Assembly: GCF_964355755.1 (NCBI RefSeq)
Contig: NC_092671.1
Location: forward strand, 1,984,001 to 2,048,000
From: Antedon mediterranea
Taxonomy: Eukaryota > Animalia > Echinodermata
Length of the DNA: 64,000 nt
Direction: 5' to 3'
Under the pieces are notes generated by a model. The model had not been told where the DNA came from and did no database searches. It saw only the letters and a list, made by a program, of their open reading frames with translations. Made by a program: the position numbers and the translations under genes. Of this stretch, positions 41,754-53,853 are shown one piece after another. Every line of letters begins with the position of its first letter. Within the stretch, counting starts at the first letter, position 1.

Positions 41754-44700
41754 ATTTTACACAATTTTTATAATGGTCACAATATATATAGATTCTTTGT
41801 GAGAATCATTTCGTTTGTATCTTAATACTTAATTTTACTATATAAAGTGGGATTATTTGTGATAATCCTTATAACATACACATTTTGGTCTGATGAAGCT
41901 TGTGTACTCACTTAACTATAAATTAAAATAATGCGATGTACCGTATGTTCCCTGAATTACTAACATCGACGTGACAAACTGTCAGCATTGGTGTTTGTTA
42001 TACCTTTGCGGTATTGTATATCAAAAGTAAATTGTTGTAGAGTCATTGACCATCTCATTAGTCTATTATTTGAATGGCGGGTATTGTCAAGCCATTTCAA
42101 CGCCTTGTGGTCAGTTATAACTGTAAATTTGTGCCCTTGTAAGTAATATCGTAACTTGTTAATTGACCATACTATAGCTAAACATTCTTGTTCAGCAACT
42201 GAATAATTTAACTCATTGGGCAACATCCTTCTACTAAGGTAAACAATAGGATGTTCATTACAATCAGTATCTAACTGGCTTAAAACAGCTCCAATTCCTG
42301 TTTTCGATGCATCAGTTTGTAGTAAAAATGGTTTATCAAAGTTTGGTGCTCTTAAAATGGGGTGAGCAATAAGCTGAGATTTTAAATCTGTGAATGCTTT
42401 ATCACACTCAGGCGTCCAATTTACTCTCTTAGGTTCGGCTTTTTTAGTCAAGTTTATCAAGGGTCTTGCTATGTCATCATAGTGTAGAATAAACTTCCTA
42501 TAATACCCTGTCAATCCCAAAAATGACCTGACATTCTTCTTAGTTTGAGGGGTAGGGAATTTCTCTACCAACTCTATCTTATCTAACATAGGCTTTATTT
42601 GGCCATCCCCTATGGTATGTCTAAGGTAGTTTACAGTGCTGTTAGCAAATTTCGATTTAGATGGCTTAATAGTAAGACCAGCTTCTGAAATTTTACTTAA
42701 TACAATATCTAAATGATTTAAATGATCTTGCCACGTATTAGAGAAAATCGCAATATCGTCAATATATTGTCTGCAAAATGCGGAACATCCCATCAACACA
42801 GTATCAACTAGCTTTTGAAATGTCGCACTAGAATTCATCATACCGAACGGCATGACCCTATATGCAAACTGCCCAAAAGGTGTCACAAATGCTGATTTTG
42901 CTTTAGCTTGCGGATCTAGAGGTACCTGATAAAATCCCTTAGTCAAATCTAGGGTTGAGATATATTTAGCTTTAGCTACTTCATCAAGTATCTGATCTAT
43001 CCTAGGAATAGGATAAGGATCAAATTCAGTTATCTTGTTCAATGCACGGTAATCAGTGCACACGCGAATATCACCGTTAGGTTTTGGTACAACGACAATA
43101 GGAGATGCATATGCACTAGTTGACCTCTCAATGACCCCTAGACTCAACATACTGTCCACCTCTTCTTTGACTTTTGTCATCATTGAATGTGGTGTCCTGT
43201 AAGCACGTTGTCTGATTGGTGTTTCATGAGTAGTTTTTACTGTATGTGTAAGTACATTAGTTTTTCCAGGCACATCAGAAAATGCCTTAGTATGTTTCTT
43301 AAGTGTATTGGTTAGTTCCCGTTTTTGTTTTGTAGAAATGGAGTCTGCAATTTTTACATCTTTCCATGTTTGTGTTTGTTTATAGGATGGACCTATACTG
43401 TCATCAAGAAATTGTGTTTCGAGATCATAATCAACAGGCTGAACAAGTGATTCATTGCCTATTTCTTGAATTACCCCAGTTACACAGTAACATTGAGATA
43501 TTTGCCGAGCGTCTTCTTGTGTGTACCATTTTTTGATTAAGTTAGCATGTATAATTCTATGAGATTTTCGTTTATCAGGCATATGTATTTCATAATCCAC
43601 CTCACCAACCTTTTTAGTGATTTTATATGGACCTTGCCATTTCGAATCCAACTTTCCCGCGCCTTCTGGGAGGAAAATTAAGACCTCTTCACCGACTTTA
43701 TAGTGTATATCTTTTGCAGTTCTGTCGTAATAAGATTTCATTTTCTGTTGCTTTTTCTGTTTAGTGTGATTTGCACTAGCCATCCATTTAGTTAAGTTGT
43801 GAGCTATCCCTAACAAGTGTGAAGGTATGTCTGTTTGAGTGTTCTCGCCAAGGAATCCTTGCTTAATTAAGCTTAAGGGACCCCTTATTTGTCTACCATA
43901 TAGTAAGTGAAATGGTGAATATCCTGTGAATTCACACGGTACTTCTCTATAAGAGAATAACAGCAATGGAATATACCTATCCCAGTTTTCTCGTTGGACA
44001 TGAGACAGCGAATTTATCATAAGTTTTAGTGTACCTATAAAACGCTCCGTAAGTCCGTTAGTCTGTTGGTGATAAGGCGTAGTAGGAATTTTCTCAATTC
44101 CCAATTTTTTGCATAGTTCTACGATAATTTGAGACATGAAGTTGGTACCTTGGTCATGAATAATTTGACTAGGTAAACCCACTCTCGAAAATACAGTGAT
44201 TAAACTCTGTGCTACAGTTACCGCGGTTTGATCGGGTATTGCAATGGCTTCTGGATATCTAGTTGCATAGTCGCACAATACTAAAAGATATCTATTTCCA
44301 TCCTCTGTAACACAAAATGGACCTGCAATATCTATTCCAATTCTTTTAAACGGAATATCAATGATTGGTAATGGTCGCAATAGTTGTTTTTGTTTCTTTG
44401 TTTTTGTCAAATACTGACATTGAGGACATGTTTTACAATGTTCTCTAACTTGATGGTTTATTCCAGGCCAATAAAAATGTTGGGTTATCCTATCCTGTGT
44501 CTTTTGGACACCTAGATGTCCAGTTTTGTCATGAGCTATATTTATAATGTGTTCTCTGTACTCCTGTGGTACAACTATTTGGTCATCGATTTGTTTGCGG
44601 AAACGTGTCTGTGGTTGGCATTTTCTCATTATAATTCCATTTTCTTTATAAAAACAGACATCTTGATCTTTTGTGCATGATTTATCTTTTACCTCACTTC

Positions 44701-47700
44701 GAATGAATTTCAATGTTTCATCTTTTTCTTGTAGTTTTATCAAGTCTTTAATGTCGCTGTGCAACAAGGATTTTGCCTCTGGTGTGTTTGGCAAATTGTA
44801 ATCAAGTGATTCTTTGAAATTAAGTGCCACATTTTCTGATGTTGTTTGATGTTGTTCAAGATATTGTCTAATACAATCCTGAGCTTTTATTTCGGGCAAT
44901 ACACGAGTTTGTGCTCTAGTAACTACTAGTACATCTTTTGGTTTGTCCCATTTATTTTCTGGGTCTAGATCATTGCCCAATAGACCATCACTACCAAGGC
45001 CTTCTATTACACCAACGATAACTTTGGTAGTAGGTATTTTTTCTGTGGTAATATGTACCTCAGCGGTAGGAATTTCTATGTTAGTGCGGCCTATGCCTCG
45101 GACTAAGGTATACGAACCTGTGAGACTCTTTTGGGGAATAAACTGTTTATCAATCAATGTAATTGACGATCCTGTGTCTCTCAAAAATGTTATGGCTTTA
45201 CCCTCAAGTATACCATTAATTAAGAAAGCTTTGTTCAAAGGCTCAGTCTTTGATGAGCCACTATGCACCGTGATGCACTTTAAGGAATCGTGCGGTCGTT
45301 GATTTTTTTGTCTTTGATTTTGATTTTGCCGACCTTGTGTGTTGCTAAATCGGGGAGGTTGTTGAGGAATAAATGGCCTGTTTAATGAATTCAGATCTTG
45401 CTGATAGCTAGCATTAAAGTTTGGTCTGAATTGATGCTGATTTTGTGGATTTGTAGCCGGCCTGTTAAATGCACTGTGATTTGGTGCAGAAGGAGGCGGG
45501 TTAAACCTTGGCCTGTTGTAAGTCGGTCTGTCAAACCTTGGTGGTTTGCTATTGTAGGGCTGCGGTCTGTAATGACTATTTGTGCCTATTTGCTTATTAT
45601 TTAGCTTATGGCGTTGCCAATAATTAGGTATTATGCTGGCATACTCCTCCGCCTCTCTGGCAAAGTCAGCTGTATTTAATACTTTCTTTTGAAGTAAATG
45701 CTGGCGCATATCATTGGGAATGTTCTCTAAAACCTGTTCGCGTATTATCAATTGCGAAATACCTGCCGCATCATCAGCCGCAATGCCAGAGTATCTCACC
45801 CAACAATCAAAATTATGCCCAACCTTTGTAATGTAGGAACGTATGCTTTCATTGTCATTTCGCTTTAAGTTCCTAAATTTTTGTCTGTAATGTTCTGGGG
45901 TCAGTTGAAACACTTCCAGTATCGTACATTTTAGGGTTTCGTAATCAAAATTTTCGTCCATGATGGTATTCATGGCGTCTCGAGCCTTTCCCTCAATGCA
46001 TTGGGAGATGCGTCGAACCCAAGTGGATTCCTCCCATTGTTCCCTTTTAGCATAACTTTCGAATGCCGTAAAATAAGCGTCAGCATCGATATTATTAGTT
46101 AGTTTTTGTTTATATCGATCTATTTTTGTGGAGGCATATGAACTTGTGGTGCTATGACCATCATTACTCTCTCGTTGTATTTGAGCTCTTATAGTTTCAA
46201 CATTTTCGTCTCGTGCTAATGTCTTATTTGCAATCTCTCTATCATATTCAATCTTTTTCCGTTCTAATTCTAACTTTTCTTTTTCCATTTCGATTTTTTG
46301 ATAGGCCAACCAATCATGCATGTGCATCAAAATCATTTGACCCCCAATTTCTACAGAAATTTTATCAAGTACCATATCCGGAATGTCGGTCTCGTTACCA
46401 GTATTTTGAGTGGTTTCAGGTATAGCTGGTACAACAGTACTATTTTGAGAAGCAGCCTGAGAAGTTTGTGCTTCATCGGTATTCATTATGGAACTTTGTT
46501 GAGATCTTAAGATCCTACTTGACTTATGTTTAGGCATTAATGTACTTATACAATATATAATGACTATGACTTAAGACTTAGTAAGATATATATAACAAAA
46601 CTTAAACTATAGTGCATCACAAACTTTTACCACAAAATGAAAAATGTACCTTTGACTTGGAACTCATTGATGATATTGACAGAAAGTTTTCCTTCCCTTT
46701 GTGTTTCTGGCATGAAAACAATGTCATCCACAATGTTGGTAAAGTCTTGTTTCAGATCAAAATTCAAGTCAAGCAAATCCATAAAAAAATTTGTGAAGTG
46801 GTCCACCACAGCACAGTTCGTCTAATGTTAATAGTAACGGGTTAAAAACGTTTCCAGCACCGCTGCCACCATGTTACGGGCTTCGCATGAGTCCGAGCGG
46901 TTTGCTTATATAGTCATATAGGAGAAACGTCCGAGCGGTTTAATATTTAAAGTTATCAGACAAAGATGAACATCAAAAATGCAGTAAAGTTAAAGTAAAA
47001 GTATATTTCTTTAATGAACAGGCGCTCTTGCTGGCCTGTGTCTGTTCACCTTCATGCCAAAACTAAAACTAAACTTAAAACATCTCATCTTAACTATTTA
47101 AAAAACCCACTCTGACTTCTGATTGGCCAACAATATTCCAAGTAGTTTGATAAGTTAGCCTTTTTCAAAAATTGAGACAAAATTACCGTTAACTTTGTCT
47201 GGGGCTTTTTTCTAGGCCACATGGTACCATATGATATGTGTAACTGTAAGAGGAGTAACTAAAGGTTACTGGATAATAACCTCTTTAGCATGAGTTATTA
47301 TCACAGTATTCATATTCAAAAAAACCTGACAATACCTTTTTACCAATATTTTATTGAATGTAAAAATACTAAAAGCAATATACAACATTTCTAGATGACC
47401 AAACAATTTTTAGGCATCATGGCAAAAATTTTGACCAATCACAAACGATGGACAACTGTCGCTTGTCATTGGTTAACTAAAGGCCAACTCAGACAGCATC
47501 GTACGACAAGGCCCAACAAAACGTCTTGACTTGTTGGTGCTGTCTGAGTTGAATTCCAATGAGATGAGTTGTCTTGAGATAGCGTTGGGCATGGTTTTTT
47601 TGGTCGTCGGGAGAACATTGTTTTGTTGTTCTCCTGTCAAGACAATTTGTTGGGCCTCGTACGACGCTGTCTGAGTTGACCTTAACTTTCATTGCGGCTA

Positions 47701-50700
47701 AATTGTTGCATTGCATTGTAAAATACTCTTATATCTTTGAAATCATTTCAAAGGTGGACATACATATTCTTAAGTCATCTTATTGTAAGAACAGTGGTTA
47801 TAGCATACCATTATTTCTAAGACAAGCCATCAATAAAATGTCCACCTACTCATAACATGTAGGCCAATGTTGGTTTATCCAGGTAATCTAAGCATGCAAT
47901 AGAAGTACTATTTTATAACATACCATTGTTTCTAAGAAGAGCCTCAGCAGTAAATAAAGGTACTCGTAACATGTCTGACGTTTCTACAACTAAAATGTCC
48001 TTTTCTGTCTGCAGTTCTTGAGGACGCATACCAATAAATACCTTTGAAAAAACATTATAAAATTCATGAATATTAATCAAACATTTATTAAATCAAAACA
48101 AAATCTCTCCAAGAGAAAAAGACTATTTTAAAATTAAAATTGATAATCGAAATCGATTACAATAATTTTTATTCTTTTTTTAGGATTGATAAAAATCATA
48201 AATAGATGGATAATGACCCAAGGTTAGCAAGCATAATTAAATATATATATATATAAATGGCAATCTAACAGCATAAAGACCCATGGGATGAAAATGAATT
48301 AGTTATCTACCACAATTTTGTAACATACTGTATGTAGTATGACATGATAAAAACCAAAACACTATAGTGTTTTGTTGTTTTGTTTTTACTTAGAAAAATG
48401 TTAGCAATGCTTTTTATATACTAAATGTTTTTATATGTGTATATCCAAGATCAAAATCCACAATTTTGAAGTTATCCTAAATTTAACACTATTTTAACTT
48501 TGGTCTATATCGTTTTTGAAATTTTATGTATTTTCAGTTCTATTGTCTTAATTTTATTATTCCAAGAAAAATGAATTTCCATTTTAAGTGGAACAATAAA
48601 ATGTCTTGAACCTTGGATCTTAAATTTAGTTTGCAAATATCTATACAAACAGACCATGCTTATTAACTTTTGGGAAAATCAATAAATTGGAAATGTCACA
48701 AATGTATTATTAAAATCTATTATCTTTAATATGTGCCAAAATATTTAATAGGAAATGCTCTCGCGCGATCTGCATTTCACTCAGCGATTGATTTATTTAC
48801 TGAATCTAAACTATTTAAACAAGATTATGAGTTGGACATGGATTTTGCCTAAACTACAGTAAATCAACATTATAGAATATACCCACATGAATTAATGGAG
48901 TATAATATCAATTTAAATATCTGAAATTAAATAAAAACATAAATCCAAAAGAATAGTATATTGTAATACTATAGTATATGAAAGTATACAATAATACGTG
49001 CCTATGTAGTTAAACTGTGATATACACACAAACATGTCAGGATCCATTTCAACATTTAATTCTGTATTATCACCAGGAATATCATAAAAAAAATGATGAC
49101 ATGAAAAATTTTTTTTCATTTTTAAAAAGACAATTTTATAGATTTTTTCTTTCAATTACCATTTTTCAGGATTTTTTTAAAACTTAATTTTTGGTTAAAG
49201 TGAATAACTAGTTAAGTCTATTATGTGTTAAAATGGGATATTTAACAAAAAAATGTTAAACATTTATTTTTTCATGTTCTACTGTTATTATCCTTCTTAT
49301 TTCACTATTTTCTATATTGTTCTCCCGCCATTATAATATTCTGAACAACAAAAAACAATTATATAAACACTATAATCTTTGTGAATTCTAGGTTTTTCCT
49401 ATTTCTTTTCCAATATTATCCTTCTTTTTTCATTATTTTCTTTTATTTTCTATTCGTCTGATATTAATAGCGTACGCTGACTTTCTAAATTCAAACATTT
49501 TTTTTTAATAATCAAAATTCATCATAACATCTTTTTTTAAATAATCAAATTCATCCTAGTACGTTATTGAATTTTGATTATGAAATCTAAATACTATATA
49601 TCTTGTGCATAGTATACTAAATACATTACACAGCTGGCTAAGCCAGCTCATCAGCCATTAATAATCCTAGGTTCTCTTGTTAATAAATTAACGCCTATCT
49701 AAATAAGTGATGAAAAACCTGTAGATGTTAAACAACGGCAATCATGCGTTCCTTCAAGGTTACGAGGAATTTGAAAATGATTTGCACATTACGGAGCAGG
49801 GTGCGCTAATTGTGACAGTCGATTATAAGCTTTGGAAATTGTATGTTGATAGTATATAATCTTCTCTTAAAGATGTATTGTCCCCCAAAAACATGAAGAA
49901 AAAAAATTAATTAAATAAGACTTTGAATAGGTTATTTTGTAGTTTCAATAAAGTTAATCACTTTCGTGAAAAAAAAAAATAATGTTTTCACATATAAAAT
50001 AACATTATTAATGGTTAAATTCAAACAAAAACCCATTGGCTGGCAGCCATAATTTGAATATTTTTTGCTTATGTGACATTAAAATGGCATATTCAACAAA
50101 AACAAATTTAAAACTTACTTTTCAGGGGGACAATTATACATCTTTAATGATTATTGATGTAATTATCAATTTTTATGTATAATGCTAATGTTTTTACTAT
50201 CTTTAATTTTACCCCCCTCTGTATTTTACCCCCTTCTGTATTTTACCCCCCTCTGTATTTTTATATACATGTTTTTAACATTTCTTTTGTGTGTATTTTC
50301 ACAGATATTTTAATGTTGTACAAAACAATTTCTGATATTGGACAAATAAATGCAAATAAATGTAAACAAATAAATGTAAGCAGCTCATTCATTCATGTCA
50401 AAATGATTGTATATACTTTAAAGTATTACCATAACAAAGCTTGTTAAACAAATCATAAAATCATTTTGAAATGGTTCTATATACATGGAGGTTATAGACC
50501 TTTGCTTACAATTACATAGTACACACTTTGGTAGTGGGGTTGCCACAAGAAAAGTTACCCACTATGAAATTCATTATTCCAGAGAAATTGTAAATTAAAT
50601 GTAGAAAAAATAAAGCTTACTTCTTCATACGTGACATTGCTCAACTCTTCGGTAAAGTCATCATCCATAAAATCCGGCTGGAAGAGAAAAACATTTACAT

Positions 50701-53700
50701 TATAATAACAGCAACCAAGAACAAAAACATATTCCAGTCTTACAATAATAAATTAACTAATAAAAAAAAACCACAAATAATGTAATGTAAATAACTACAC
50801 ACAATATTATAAATAATCCGTTATCCGTTTATTTTATATTGACACTGTTGATTCGTCTATTTGTTTTTTAAATATTTTTATATAGTTTATTTTATATCAT
50901 TGTTGTTACTTTGGGAGTACGGAACCTGAACTCTTGTTATAGTGATTAGGTTCACTTTTAGGTTCCTGCCTACTCCCTTAGTTTCTGTGTTTTGTTTGTT
51001 TGTAACTGGTTTTTGGCAATAAATAATAATAATAATAATAAAAACTGTGCCCTCTAAGCTGCTAAAAAATATACAAACTCACAAACAAACATACAGTGGA
51101 GAAAACATAACCGCATAGACAGTGGTATGATATAACTAAACATTGTACCCAGGAGTCAAATGGGTACTCGATACAAATGTATATTTAATTTTAATATATC
51201 AATGTCTATACTAGTGGTTTGACTTGGGAAAGTTGATCAAATTATTTAATCATTTATTTATTTTCAGTCACATTCAACAGCAGGAAACCCGCCACCAATA
51301 AAATGGATAAATGGATTGAGAACAGTCTTAAGAATTGATGCTTAAATGACTTTAACATATACAAAACATCATATAGAAACAAGCCATGCAATAGTCATCT
51401 CTGTTCTGACTTTCCTTTTCCAATCATTGGGGTGATAATCGTAAACAGCAAAAGGCAAGTGATACTATGTCAATATGACATATTAGTGTTGATACAGCGA
51501 GAAACTTAAACCTTTCTGTGAACCGACTTATTCTAATACTAACATCACATGAAGTAGGAGCTGACAGTATAGGATTATTGTTGTAGACAATTATGTTAAT
51601 CATGGTCATACAAGATTCATAATATATTGTTACTTGAATTTCAACAGAATGAAAACAAAACTCTAGAACTGCATAGCAATAATTAAAGTATAATATAAAA
51701 CAACAGAAATGAGAAAATTGGAATAAAGTCAACTCTCTGAGGCTGGCTGGGATTTTCTGCAAATTCTGAATGTGTTTTCAATGTTAAAAAAGAATTTGGG
51801 CCCATTTGGAACTCAAGAAAAGGCTGGTATATTGACTGTGGTTAAAAAAGTCTCCCCAACTGATACTTGAACTTGGACTCTTCTTGAACCTTGCTATATA
51901 CGGTAACTCATCCATTAGACCACTTGGGCGTTCATGGTATGTCAAGCACATGGATATTGCGGCACCAAGGCTGTAGCGAGAAGTTGAAAACAGACAAGGC
52001 AAATATGCTTTAAATATAATTATTAATATAAAATATGACGATCTTCGCTGGGAAATTGGTAAAAATTTAATTTTCTGCCTGCGACATCCATCGTGTAAAA
52101 CATATGCACATTATAATGTTGAGTTATCTATTATTTAAATATTTCTGTGTTTACATGTTATAAGAGATTGAAACAAAGGTAGTAAAATGTTTACTGAGAC
52201 AATGATTCTTTGTTTGACAGCTTATAACTGATATTATATAACACCTAAATAAATTATTTGTATTAGAGTCCCATAAATCTATCGTGTGATAAAATGCCTC
52301 TGACAGGTCTCGAACCTGCGACCTCTCACTGTACTTACACAAAAGACCATCTTTGACTCAAGGTACGATGCTATCTCATAGCGGCAACTTTTCTCGGCAC
52401 AGTCACATGGCGTTTCTTTTTCTTGATTTTCTTCAAACAATGGAGCACCGTGTGTGAGAAGAAGCTACAATACAAGGAAAAAAATAAAAAGGAAATAGAC
52501 TTTATAATAAAAAATGGAAAGGAAATGATCTGTGTTAAATTAAAACAAGTGAATATGAAATACTTTTGTAGCAATTTTAACATCATTTTTTTTATCTATA
52601 ATGAATTATTATTCTATTGCCCCCTGGTTATTTTATGGTAAAATGTCCCCTTAATAGAAGCTTTTTTTAGGGGTAATTAGTGGCAGTTTAAAAGCATTTT
52701 TAAATAAAGAAATTCTAGGTTGCTGAAAAGTGTACAGTAGGTTGAATTTTGTTATTTTTGAATTCAATTATTTGACATTGATTTAAATGCACATTAAGTG
52801 CATTACATCTCGTTATTACAGAGTATAATTATGCAAACTTGGGTCTATGGTTTATGTCAACAGTTCAGTCAATATTTGGATTCAATATGCAAAGCCTCAA
52901 TGATTAACAGTATAAATAAAATGCCAGAAAACAAAGAATTAAAGTATGAGTCAAAAAGGAGAGTTTTTCAAGCTGTCTTAAGCTCTGTCTACACTCTCAA
53001 ACTAATTTGAATGTCCATATATGGGCACATCACATATTTTTTTTGCATAAAGTTTGATAGTGTAGACAGAGCTTTAAAAGCAACAATTGAATTTTCCCTG
53101 ATAGAGAAAGAAGGTAAACAGAGACACAAGAAAAATAACAAAAACCTCAATGCTTTGTTGACCAATTTATGGAATGAGATTCTGAACTAGATTGCAGAAA
53201 TCTCTTAGGAATTTACAGATGAATACACTATGATAGAAGCTGATACAGACAGTGATCCAGTATGAAGGGGTCGGGAAGGTGTAGGGTTTATATTAAATTC
53301 CTCTGAAAGGTTTGAGAGGGTGAACACATTGTGGCCTGGACAAGCCCATTATATTCAGTGATTTTTCAGTGCAGTTGTAGTGGAATTTAAAACTGTCATT
53401 AAATATTGGTTCCCACTTAAGACGCAATGCAAGAACGTACATCACAAGTAATTTTAAGATCAATCACCCAAACTTTTGGTCAACTTGCATACGGTGAATT
53501 TACATCATTGTGTTGCGTCCCAGTGGAAACAAAACTTTACTACCAGGTAAAATTTCTAGATTAACTATTGACAAAACTGCCCCTAAGCATTGGTTTACTC
53601 CAATTTTTTTTACTTTAAAATAAAGAATATGTTTTCTTACCTCAACTAATGATAAATATCCCGCACTTGCAGCATAATGAAGAGCAGTGTTCTTTTTCTA

Positions 53701-53810
53701 TAATAATATACAATAATAATATAATATAATAATATACCCAAATAATATTGATTACCATTTTTAGGTTATATGCATGATATGCATATAACCTCTTGATTCT
53801 GTCAAAATCT

Positions 53811-53853
<43 letters not shown>

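Larger units (their letters stand above)
40599..47305 (-). mobile_element. Full-length Gmr1-like Ty3/gypsy LTR retrotransposon (6707 bp)
   Basis: Two 434-bp LTRs (TG...CA), 5-bp TSD GTATT (40594-40598 and 47306-47310), PBS, PPT and a single gag-pol ORF with PR-IN-RT-RH order. Confidence 0.97.

Noticed and set aside
44943-46510. Plus-strand ORFs inside gag-pol
   Set aside because: Antisense shadows of the coding strand, with no recognisable motifs.
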